Below are positions 52,215 through 62,297 of a stretch of 64,000 nt of DNA, piece after piece. The position numbers and the translations under genes were made by a program. A model generated the notes under the pieces. That model saw nothing but the letters and a program-made list of their open reading frames with translations. It was not told the origin of the DNA and made no database searches. Each line of letters opens with the position of its first letter. The stretch's first letter is position 1. The stretch lies in contig JAPETS010000001.1 of the NCBI GenBank assembly GCA_026023565.1, positions 124,001 to 188,000 on the forward strand, given 5' to 3'. Origin of the DNA: Cirrosporium novae-zelandiae. Its lineage: Eukaryota.

Positions 52215-53190
52215 CTAGTTGGCCAGGATAGTGCGAACGAGTTCTGTAGTTTAAAAAATTAATACATTGGTTAATTGGGGAGAAAAAATAAAAACGGATG
52301 AGCTTACCGGTATAATTGATCTCGCCGCTGCTGGTATCAACAGCCTTCAACAGCTCATCCACTTCCTCATCACTCATTTTCTCGCCCAGGTTTGTAAGAA
52401 CTATCAGTCAAAAAGATCAGTCTTCTGCTTTCCAACTTCTGAGATAGCCCAGATATCCATGGCATTGGATACAAGTCTATATTCATTCGGGTAATAACGT
52501 ACTGTATCTTAGCTGGCCAACTCCAATGTACCCGGTCATGTCTTTATCAAACACTTGAAATCCCCGACAGTATTCTTCTGGCTCACCAGGATCACGGAAA
52601 CCACCAGGACGGTTAAGGACTTTTTGAAAGGAATCGAAATCGACTACAAACCATTCATCAAAATTAGCCATCTTGTCCATCCCTCATAAAGCTTCCCCCT
52701 TATGAAACATCTCATAATTCCTGTAAACATTGTAGAGGTTACTCACAATCACCACCCATCCCTTTCTCCAACTCACTAATCTCAGCGAGTGTAGGATTCT
52801 GGCCACAGGCCCTCAGGAGATCGCCCAACGATTCCAGGGCAACACGCCCGTTGCCTCGCTTATCGAAGAGCGAAAAGGCTTCTTTGTAGTTGGTCGAGGC
52901 CTGTTGTCCTTGATTTAGCGATCGGGACGAATTTGGAGTATTGGCTGGAGGAGCCATAGTAAAGAAAGTTTAAAGCGAAACGATTGATTGTAATGTACTG
53001 TATGAGAGGAGTTTTGTTGTTTAGAAGTTAGGGGGATAATGAGGTGATTGTTTATGATGATGACCAAAGTGGTCGCAGGGAAGGTATTAGCTGCCGGCAA
53101 CGACATGGGACGGGTCTCATGGCTGCCGCGGTAACTGGGCAATCCAGGAAAGAAACAGCGAAACATCCAAGACGGTGGTTGACTTACCAT
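52215..53190 (-). CDS. cdc4: Myosin light chain (EF-hand, Cdc4/Mlc1); introns 52244-52307, 52401-52502, 52644-52746; 5' exon structure uncertain
   Basis: ASTNYKEAFSLFDKRG, LGDLLRACGQNPTLAEI, FQKVLNRPGGF, YCRGFQVFDKDMTGYIGVGQLRY, LTNLGEKMSDEEVDELLK, ELVRTILAN*. Confidence 0.9.
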
Positions 53191-53649
53191 TATGAGAAAT
53201 AGGGTAAAAGTAGGATTGACCTGAAGTTGCACCACTGAAGAAAAATGCTGGCGAATGAATCCTGGAAGATTTTCGAAGGAAGTTGAGAGGCGAAGACGTT
53301 ATCTTTTGTAGATTTTGTTTCCTCTTTTTTTATTTGTTTTAGGAGAAGGTGTGTTTTTTGGTGTTGTTGAATGTGAGACGTAGCAATACTTTTTTAGTCT
53401 GGATATTCAGTTTAATCGGTGTGAAAGTTATGAAACTTGGTTGCCAAAGCAACTAATCTTTCATTCTTATCAACAACAAGGTCTCTCCTATTCAATATTC
53501 AATTGATCCAATAAAATACACAAGGTACACAGTACCGTTGTCTACAATGTAATAAATTCCTATCGTCTAATTTGTACAGGAAAATTCATATCCTAAGTTC
53601 ATAAACCAATCCTCTTTCCAAATTCCATAATTCACCATCAATCATTCCA

Positions 53650-55929
53650 TCAATGTCTGGCTGCACGCTTGCTAGCTGCTGCAAGTGGTGAACTACCATA
53701 CCCGAAACTCGAATCCATAAATGAATCATCTTCTGAATCGTCATGAAGAACACTAGCCAGATTCGGCAACATGGGATCGTTCGCAGGTGATATTACTGGG
53801 CTCAAGGCAATCTTAGGTCTGCTCTTGAATACGCTCGCATAGTCTATTGTCTCTTCAAGAAGTTCCTCCTTCAAATTAGATTCTGGTTCCTCTTCGTAAG
53901 ATGGCTTTTGGGGCGTTTCCCACTGATTAATCGGAAATGATTCTCGTGGTTGGTGTATTGACTTTCGATGTCTTGATGGATCTGGTAACATAGACATTGA
54001 CTGCCTTGTTCGCTCCAACAAGGTATGTCCAGACAAGTCTTCAATATTACTTTCTCTACGAGCCGTATTGGATCGAGACCTGGATGGAGGAGGAAGCATG
54101 GCAGGAGAGGGCAATGTTCCAAGAGAACCAAGATTGGCCATTGATAGACGAGTTCGTTCAGCTAATGTTGTGGGCTTCTGCTTCACAGGAGAAGGCTCAG
54201 CATTCTTAATTGAGGTTACCATCTCATCCGCCAACAACTCTTGCTCCTCTGCGTCGAAAAGTGATAGACGCTCATGCTTCATACGCTTAGGTCGATCAGG
54301 TAGAGGAGACTCTGACTTTTCTGAAGATTTTGAGGGTTCCCTTGGTCTGGAAATGTTGGCCCTGCCGGAAAACTGTGTTCTTTGTGAATCAAAACTATCA
54401 TTTCTGATCGTTTCGGGCCTGCTGATAGTTGGTGAATGAATGGAATCTCTCCTTTCCCTTTCATACTTTTCTCTAGGTAAGCCGGTCTGGTTTACCCAAG
54501 ATAGAACATCGCCATCTGCTTTTACAGTAGACGGTGGTGCGGTGAAACTGCTTTCTAGTGGTGCTGGACTGGTGGGATTGTGGTTAGATAGCATAGTATC
54601 CTCCTTTTCACGTATGTTGGGCTTTTCTTCTCCTCCATTCAAAAGTTCCTGACGCATTGAAGCAATAATGGAGTAATATTCACTCCCCTCGGGTAATTCC
54701 TGGTTGACAGAAGATTGTGCATCCGAAGGGGGCATCTTTGAAGGAAGCAGATCGATATGTTGACTAAAGTCAAGTTCGAGACCTGACGCTGATTTGGGTT
54801 GACCCATTGGATCATCAATCTTGGAACCCTCAGAATCTTTCATGATCTCGTCATGAATCTTTCGCCAGTATTTTAACTTGCTTTGTTGCTCCTCCACACG
54901 TTCACTGAGACCTTCTAAAAGTCCCCTTGATGTTCCATCTTCAATATCGCGAATGGTACCATTGTGGACGCTCTGCCATACTCGTGCAAAAGGCGTCGAG
55001 AAAAGTCCATCCTGCCCCTGCTTACTTTCACCTTGTAGAATGACTTCTACCCACCTCGAATCACCCATCCAACTGTCTTCTAGGAGTTTCTTAACTCGAC
55101 GAGCTGTCACCTGATCCAAGTCGGCTTCAACATATTGCTCCTGTGCATCCGCCTTGATTTGTTCATGTTTCCGTCGAACCTTACGTTGTTTTAGATCCAG
55201 TAGCTGACTAAAATCTTCATATCGACCCCTTAAAATTTCTCGTTGAGCAAGAACATCAGCAAGAGAACCTCGATGCGCGATTATTAGAGGAACAAGAGTC
55301 CGCTTAGCATTTTCTCCTAAAACTGGTGCGGTTGCTAGTCTTTCTGCGACGGAGTTACTCCATCCATCACCCTCATTGATTACCTTTCTTAGAACGACGT
55401 TCGAGAATACCAGAATAACCTCCTCGAACTTTTCACCTTTACATTCATCAAGCATTGTTTTCCGTAGTATAGTCTCTCGTCCTAGAGCCCCATCTTTCTT
55501 CAAGTCCGAAAGACATCTGAAGAGGGCCGCGCGGAGGTTAAGGGATTGTAGTGGTTCAAGGGGAGGGAAAAAAGGGCGAAGTTTCTGCAATGAATATGAG
55601 CGCTGGTGTAAACAGTAGACAAAACGATAACCTCTTACATTGTTTGTGGTGTCGATATCCCAAAGCTCAAAAAGTCGGTATAGTGACCATTCCACACATC
55701 TTAATCGATTTTTCTGATTCTGGTTTGCGTCTTTGGTAGAGAATACTGCATTGGTAATATGAGGCCAATCTGGAAACTCCTCAAGACCTAGAAGACGTAG
55801 GTTGGTCAAAAACATGGAAATATTTGATGGACCAGGCCATTGGCGCGAAGATTCCAAAGTTCCATGTCGCAAAGGCCTAGAATCTGATAAAGGCCTAGAA
55901 GCATGGGTAGCTGTATATTTGGGTGGCAT
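53650..55929 (-). CDS. HAUS augmin-like complex subunit 6 (HAUS6_N) protein; probable in-frame intron 55585-55638
   Basis: FLTNLRLLGL..FPDWP, RLRCVEWSLYRLFELWD, KLRPFFPPLEPLQSLNLRAALFRCLSDLKK.G.LGRE..LRKTMLDECKGEKFEE and C-terminal SVFKSRPKIALSP. Confidence 0.82.
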   Translation of the reverse strand: MPPKYTATHASRPLSDSRPLRHGTLESSRQWPGPSNISMFLTNLRLLGLEEFPDWPHITNAVFSTKDANQNQKNRLRCVEWSLYRLFELWDIDTTNNVRGYRFVYCLHQRSYSLQKLRPFFPPLEPLQSLNLRAALFRCLSDLKKDGALGRETILRKTMLDECKGEKFEEVILVFSNVVLRKVINEGDGWSNSVAERLATAPVLGENAKRTLVPLIIAHRGSLADVLAQREILRGRYEDFSQLLDLKQRKVRRKHEQIKADAQEQYVEADLDQVTARRVKKLLEDSWMGDSRWVEVILQGESKQGQDGLFSTPFARVWQSVHNGTIRDIEDGTSRGLLEGLSERVEEQQSKLKYWRKIHDEIMKDSEGSKIDDPMGQPKSASGLELDFSQHIDLLPSKMPPSDAQSSVNQELPEGSEYYSIIASMRQELLNGGEEKPNIREKEDTMLSNHNPTSPAPLESSFTAPPSTVKADGDVLSWVNQTGLPREKYERERRDSIHSPTISRPETIRNDSFDSQRTQFSGRANISRPREPSKSSEKSESPLPDRPKRMKHERLSLFDAEEQELLADEMVTSIKNAEPSPVKQKPTTLAERTRLSMANLGSLGTLPSPAMLPPPSRSRSNTARRESNIEDLSGHTLLERTRQSMSMLPDPSRHRKSIHQPRESFPINQWETPQKPSYEEEPESNLKEELLEETIDYASVFKSRPKIALSPVISPANDPMLPNLASVLHDDSEDDSFMDSSFGYGSSPLAAASKRAARH

Positions 55930-56477
55930 TATTCCTATAATTGCTCCTATACAACATCGCTAATAAGCGAATTGAATGCCAAACACTTTTGTTGTTTAAT
56001 GTAATGTTTGATCTTAGAGAATCAGACCTGGGAAGCTCAGGTTGTAAACAATACTGTGGGTGCATATGGTCATGATCTGCCAATAGCGGTGAGAAGGTAC
56101 CTGACATAGCCGGCAGAACTGTTATAGCGAGCCTAAGGACTGCTAGGGACACCCCAAACGATCAACAGGCTAAGCCAAAAGTACAGTACGTGTACCTACC
56201 ACAGTAGCCAACTTTGATCTATCACGCTTTCCTTTGCCCCCCATGTATATGCGGGGGTTTTGCTGTACGTGATAATTCACTCTCAACATTAACAAATGCA
56301 CAGCTTATTGAACATAAAAACATTTCAATTTCCTTTCTCTTTCTTCTTTCTTATTTCACTTTCAGAACCTGATAAGAGAACCCACTGCTAATTCACATTT
56401 ATTTCGCATTCTCCCATTACTCTATCAAAACAGTCAACATTCTCTTATCAGTTCTGGAATTCATCATTCCTTTCAGC

Positions 56478-57321
56478 ATGGCTCCAAACATAGATACTAA
56501 TGCCTCTGTACCAGGTAAATCATATCTCTGCCTTGTATGTGCAATCTTCAAGAGAGTAACTAATTTTCTTAGCCTCTTCAGGTAGTCAGAACACGATTAC
56601 AGAACAGAATCCTTGGTCGGTAGATTCTGTCATTTCGAAACTTGCTCACAAGCCCCAAGCCAAGTCATCGTCCCCGTTACCATTTTTCCATATGCTTGAG
56701 CTCCTCAAAACCACAAAACGTGAAGGCTGGAGACGTTTTGAGATTCAACATGGAGAGTCAATCTCAGACCATATGTACCGAATGTCCATCATGACCATGT
56801 TGGCCCCTCAATCTCTCACCAAAAGACTGGATGTCTCTCGTTGCACTCGAATGGCCCTTGTGCATGACATGGCTGAAGCACTTGTTGGGGATATTACACC
56901 GGTGGATGGAATACCGAAACCAGAAAAGTCCAGAAGAGAAAGCGAAACAATGGACTATTTCTGCATCACCCTTCTTGGTAACGTGCAGGGTGGTTCAGCT
57001 GGTCAGGAAATCAGAGCACTCTGGCAAGAATATGAAGATGATAAGACAGAGGAAGCCCATTTTGTTCATGATATTGATAAGATGGAGCTTCTTCTTCAGA
57101 TGATAGAATACGAACGCACGCATAACAACGGAACAGGCAACAGCATTAATCTCGGCGAGTTTATATACGTTGCAGAGCGTATCAAGCTTCCAGAGGTGCA
57201 GGAATGGGCCGAAGAAATCAAACACGAAAGACTAGAGTTTTGGGCGGCTCTCGGTCATAACCCGAGGGACCATATTTCAAAGACTCTCGAGTCACAACAA
57301 GACGAATATTATGGAAACTGA
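56478..57321 (+). CDS. HD-domain 5'-deoxynucleotidase (HDDC2/YGK1-like); intron 56515-56572
   Basis: LKTTKREGW, ESISDHMYRM, MALVHDMAEALVGDITP, LWQEYE, FVHDIDKMELLLQ. The upstream ATG exon splices in frame. Confidence 0.9.
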
Positions 57322-58112
57322 ATAACTCAAAAATAATTCTCTGAGACATGAATATAGTTCATGACAGTGATGTATTTTTTTGCTTCTCATGATGGGAGTT
57401 TATGGAGACATGCCAGTCATATACCCCAAATAGAATGGTTGATTCAGAGCTATACATACAGCAAAGGATTACAAAAACCCGATCCGAAACATATAAAAAT
57501 TCAATTTGATGGCTTTGAGGTCCTAATTCTTATTTTCTCTCAAATACTATTGTTTCATTTCAAAGATTTTGGGTTTTTAATTTGGTTTATCTTGATATGG
57601 TCTAAATGTATACAGCTATTCTCATTCCTAACGTGATAATATAGAGAAAACACCAGATATATATTACAACGATCGAGTATCGCTTTACTGACATCCCTAA
57701 GGTTAGATGCCCCTCTAGGTGGCGATTTAGTCTTTCAACAAGGCTAGGATCCATTCTATACGCCTAAATGTCTACCATTATACGTTTCCAGTTCCCCTTC
57801 AAGCTATGAAAATGTCTTGGTACAGTTTCTGGGTGAAAAACTGATTATCTCATTATTTCACTCCTTTGCTATTACCCCATTTGGTTCGATTATCCCCTTC
57901 GAATCTTCCTTCGTAGCATGTCTTTTCGGCTTTTCAATCCTTATAAGGTTGCGTTCGATGAGTGCGTTCGGTGAGTTCTAACAGCACCAAAAGTAATAGT
58001 TACTGTGTATTACTTCACTATATAACCGGCCATCATTCCACCAACTATCCAGTCTACAATCATTTCCACATCTCTTAATCGAATCGAGAATCGTGATCAC
58101 ACACTCGCCCCA

Positions 58113-59015
58113 ATGTCTACGCTAGACCTACCCCGAAGCAGTTGTGAGTTCTGGACCGAAGTCTCTTGTGCCCAGCCCTTACGCCGTCTTATATTCTACT
58201 ATCTACACGCTGAATATGCGCCGAACTATTTTCGGCCTTCCCTATGCTACCTCTGTCGTGTTGGTGGAATTAATATTCGTACTCAATCTTGCTCTCGCAG
58301 AAATAATGGCCACCAGCTTGTCTGTTATACCCACGAATATCAGTATGTTCGCCGCATTGTGAACTTATACTGTAGACATGAATACTACTACAGCTCGTTC
58401 GTGACACTACGAAATGTGGCCGATTTTGAGAGCTTGGCAGCGAAATTTGAGATGGAGAGGAATACCGTGGATGCGTTTTGGTCCTCACGTGGAGGACCAC
58501 TTGAGGCAAAAGAGTTGGCCGACAAGCAAAAGTTGCTAACACTCATAAACGATGCGAGCACATCAATATTCAAGGAATCGCCAAGGCCAGAGTTGAATTT
58601 GAAATTGACGTGGTCTGCGATAGCGCGCCAGAAACACACTCAATATAATATCTTCCGGTCTGCCTACCCTAAGGAGCAGCTTGAGGAAGCATACCGTGTC
58701 GTCGGCGCAGATATAACGCTCGACAAAGTCATTGCCATCGATGAAGAGGGGGAGGAATCAGAAAGGGAGATGAGCTCACCAGAAACATCCGAACCCGTCT
58801 ACCCATACCCCACTCAACCCCAACCAACCTTCTGGCCAGAACCCCCCCCAGAAATCCCATCACCGCAAACGAATCCCGAAATTACACCAGGACAGCTCGG
58901 TTCAGACACCCCCGGACCAAGTAACCAATTCGACCCGCACAAACACGACGACCAGAGCTGGGGCGCCCGTTGGTTTGGATGCAAATCCTGTTGTGCGCGG
59001 AAGGGACGTAGCTAG
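58113..59015 (+). CDS. Hypothetical protein with a Cys/His-rich N-terminus and an acidic, Pro-rich C-terminus
   Basis: 300-aa ATG-started intronless ORF; CYLC, C..GHQLVC..H pattern and terminal GCKSCC. No family recognised. Confidence 0.6.
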   Translation: MSTLDLPRSSCEFWTEVSCAQPLRRLIFYYLHAEYAPNYFRPSLCYLCRVGGINIRTQSCSRRNNGHQLVCYTHEYQYVRRIVNLYCRHEYYYSSFVTLRNVADFESLAAKFEMERNTVDAFWSSRGGPLEAKELADKQKLLTLINDASTSIFKESPRPELNLKLTWSAIARQKHTQYNIFRSAYPKEQLEEAYRVVGADITLDKVIAIDEEGEESEREMSSPETSEPVYPYPTQPQPTFWPEPPPEIPSPQTNPEITPGQLGSDTPGPSNQFDPHKHDDQSWGARWFGCKSCCARKGRS

Positions 59016-59667
59016 TTGAGAGGCCAGTTCTTTAGATACGAGGGCACAGATGAGTGAGAGGAGATGCTGACGACGGAGACTGAGGTTGCAAGCGATTGGG
59101 AGTATGGACGCCACGTTTATGGTTTAGAGGGAGGGGGGGTGTCGACGCAGAAACAACAACCCCGACAGCTCCCGCAGCGCTCGGGGTGGGTAAGAAGCAC
59201 CCGGGTAAATTCTTCAAGTCGGGTTATTAGAAGAACAAGAAGAAGTTAGGAGGATATAGGTCCGATAGAATCAAGAAATGAGCTTGTTTAAGTAACATAT
59301 AACATGTGCATATACAACCTCTCACCACTTGTAACTCCAGAAACTATATATATTTTTTTCTTTCCCTGTCTTTCTTAGTAAAGGCTAAGTAGGAGTTTAG
59401 AAAACAATTAGGTGATCAAGAGAATTGAGGAGCTGGGCTTAAAGTCTGTTTTGAGATGGGTGTGTTTTGTTGGGGAAATGGGAAATGGAATAGAATGGTG
59501 GTGGATATGGAATAGAATAAAATAAATGTATCATATTTAATTTCGACTAATTTTCGACTGAATTCTTGACATCTTGTTATAACTCCCCCCCCCCCCCTAA
59601 AATCTAATCCCCTAATCCCCTAAACTCGACTCAATTCAATTCACAATTCAATTCAATTCAATTCAAT

Positions 59668-61326
59668 TCAATACTCCCAACTAACCCCTCTCCTCCTCTC
59701 TGGCCTCTCTGGCCTCTCTGTCCTCTCCCCATTCTCAACCCCAACTCTTTCCCTTCTCTCACCACCCGAAACCCTCCCCCCGACCGCTCTAGCCAACTCA
59801 TCAATCGCCCCCCTCGCCTCCCCCAGCCACCCTCTCCGATCCTCCCAAAACTCCCTCAAAAGCCCCAACCTGGAAAGCCCAAACGCAACTCTAACTTCCC
59901 TGCCCTCATGCGTTGCAAACCAGGTCCAGAGGCTGTTGACGGCGCATACGCGACCGAAGGAGACGCGTTGGGTCCAGGTTTCGCCGGAGAGGGTTAGGTC
60001 GTAGAGGACTGTTAGTTCGGAGGTTAGGGTGGGGGTGCGGGGGCCGAGGTTGAGGGAAGAGGATTTTTGGGGGGTGGGGTGGGGAGAGGTGGGGGAGGTG
60101 GGGTAATGGGAAGGGCGGGATTGGAATTGGTATTGGGATTGGTAGGGGTAGGGGGAGGAGGTGGGAAAGGGTCGGAAGAGCTCGGAAAGCCAGATTGCCG
60201 AGTTTAGCATTATTATTGATTTGTAGAGGAGGGGGCTTTCGGCGTAGATTGTTGATTCTTGGGATGTGAAGGGGTGGGAAGGTGTAGGTGGGGTGTTGAG
60301 GGGTGTGGTTTGGAGTATTGAATCGATGATGCAGATTGAGATATCTGGGAGGGTGGTAGTAGTAGGTCTGTTGGAGCGCTGGTATAGAAGCCCCCCCTTT
60401 AGCTGCCGGTTCGGGAAATCAAGCGCTTTTAATTTAGGCGTTAGGGATTGTGCGGTGTTGAGGTGGGTTTCCTGGAGCACGGCGAGCAAAACGTCGACAC
60501 GGCCCATGACGGGACGTTTTATTTCGGGGAACTGGGACAGGTAGGTGTGTAGGAAGGAGCGGAGCTCGAATTGGTTCGCGAAGGGTTGTGAAGAGGACGA
60601 CACGCGGAATTCAACTGCTGCTTGGAGCTTTTGCAGCAGGGCTTCCCCGATATGCACGAGGCCGTTTATGCCCGCGAGGATTTTTAGTTCGTCTTGGGAG
60701 GGGGAGCCGGTGGGGGCTTTGTAGACGAGGTCTCGTTCCACTTGGGACCAGGAGTGCATGAGGATGGAGGCGACTTGGATTTCTACTTGCATGTTGGAGT
60801 AGTGGCTTTGGCGCGGGATGAGGGTTCCGGGGCGGAGGTGGACTTGGTAGTGGTCTGCGTAGTAGCCACCGAGCCGGCGAGTCTGGCGTTCGTTTTCGCC
60901 TTCTGTGGTGGTGCCGTTGGAAGCATCATCGATGTAACTACCGCCGCCACCGTTCTGGTCGCTCCCTCGGTCTTTAGGGAAACAAACCGCCTGCTGGACA
61001 TGAAACGCTCTTTGAATGATCCTCTCAACAGCAGCTCGGTCGTTGGGGAAGTAGAGCGAAATCCGCACGCCTGCGAGGTCCGGGATATCGGCACGCACGG
61101 CATCGACGTCTTTGTAGTCTTCGCGTCTCTTTGCCTGGCGCTGCTCCAGTTTCTCGGCGAGGCCTTCGGGTGGTTTTGCCCGGAAGGTGATCATGGCTCG
61201 GATTCCATTGTAGTTCAGTTCTTCCTCGCACTTCTCGCTGGCGAGTCGGGCGACTCTTTCGTACGTGTCGTATCGCCGGAGGTAGTCCTTTAGAAAGGCG
61301 TGGATCGCCGGGGTTCCGGTTGCCAT
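59668..61326 (-). CDS. Stand-alone RelA/SpoT synthetase-domain protein (small alarmone synthetase-like)
   Basis: RAKPPEGLAEKL (RxKxxxSxxxK-like), DIPDLAGVRI (DxxGxR), GGYYADHY (GYxxxH), VEIQVASILMHSWSQVERDLVYK (EIQ..W..E....YK); intronless, 552 aa. Confidence 0.88.
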   Translation of the reverse strand: MATGTPAIHAFLKDYLRRYDTYERVARLASEKCEEELNYNGIRAMITFRAKPPEGLAEKLEQRQAKRREDYKDVDAVRADIPDLAGVRISLYFPNDRAAVERIIQRAFHVQQAVCFPKDRGSDQNGGGGSYIDDASNGTTTEGENERQTRRLGGYYADHYQVHLRPGTLIPRQSHYSNMQVEIQVASILMHSWSQVERDLVYKAPTGSPSQDELKILAGINGLVHIGEALLQKLQAAVEFRVSSSSQPFANQFELRSFLHTYLSQFPEIKRPVMGRVDVLLAVLQETHLNTAQSLTPKLKALDFPNRQLKGGLLYQRSNRPTTTTLPDISICIIDSILQTTPLNTPPTPSHPFTSQESTIYAESPLLYKSIIMLNSAIWLSELFRPFPTSSPYPYQSQYQFQSRPSHYPTSPTSPHPTPQKSSSLNLGPRTPTLTSELTVLYDLTLSGETWTQRVSFGRVCAVNSLWTWFATHEGREVRVAFGLSRLGLLREFWEDRRGWLGEARGAIDELARAVGGRVSGGERRERVGVENGERTERPERPERRRGVSWEY

Positions 61327-62297
61327 TATGCTGAGATGAGATGGGCTTTTGTGGGAGTGTGTTTGAAGGTGATGGAAGGGTAAAACTGGATGGGAGGATT
61401 GTATATCTATCTCAAATGGAAATAAGGAGCCACCAGCAGTGAGTTAATGATGCTGGCGAAACTGTATCTGTAAGTGCTCAGGCTAAGGTCGTATATAAAA
61501 ATATTGAACAAAATAATTTCATTCTCATTTCTAGTCTTCAGAGAACTAGGAGAAGGAAGAGTGCATCGTTATAAAAACTTAAGGGAATAACAATCAGAGC
61601 TTAGTACTCCATTCAGTACTCTACTCAGCACCCTGCTCGCGTCGCCTTCTCACAACTATCGAACAGCATACAGAATTGGAAATATTGGCAGAGTGAGCTG
61701 TTGGCAACCAATAACAATATCTGAAAAATAAACAGACATTTTGGTGGTTGTTCTGAGATACCTCTTGCCGTTGATCAAACGTGGCAACATCATCTCCTGT
61801 AGAAAGCAAGTTGTACAAAAACTAAGCACCAAAAAGTCACAGACTGCAGATATGCATCTGCTGGAACAGAAATGAGATGGCACCATTAATTTTGCTCTCT
61901 AGATACAAATGGCCGTGTTGTCAGTTAACAGCCGGGCAATGTGAAATCGATGGGGGAAGAGGAGACGACTTGAAAGTTGTGCCCGAACCTAATAATTAAT
62001 CAAGACAGCAAAACACATACATGACATATAACGTAAATGCAATCGTCTATTTTATTCCAAGTATCTATACTTTGCAGTTTTCATCTAATTATTATCTAAA
62101 TTCTCCAAATCATTCATCCAAGAACTTTTAATATATCACATGTATGTAGTCATCATTTGCATCATCGTCATTCATCATTGCTTCATTGTTTCCATATGTT
62201 CCAATTTGTCTCTCTTGCTCTCTAGCTCAGTCTGTCCCCACGACTCTCCGGACATTGACTCCAGGCCCTTCTCGACGTCTTCCTTTCCAGGTCATCT

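Noticed and set aside
56692..57321. HD protein as Mesh1/SpoT-type ppGpp hydrolase
   Set aside because: Its motifs (LK...R.GW, ESISDHMYRM, HDMAEALVGDITP) match HDDC2/YfbR-type deoxynucleotidases rather than Mesh1 (PYI.HP, LHDTVED).
60694..61293. 199-aa antisense ORF opposite the RelA/SpoT gene
   Set aside because: It has a non-ATG start, mirrors the codons of a GC-rich gene and has no motifs.
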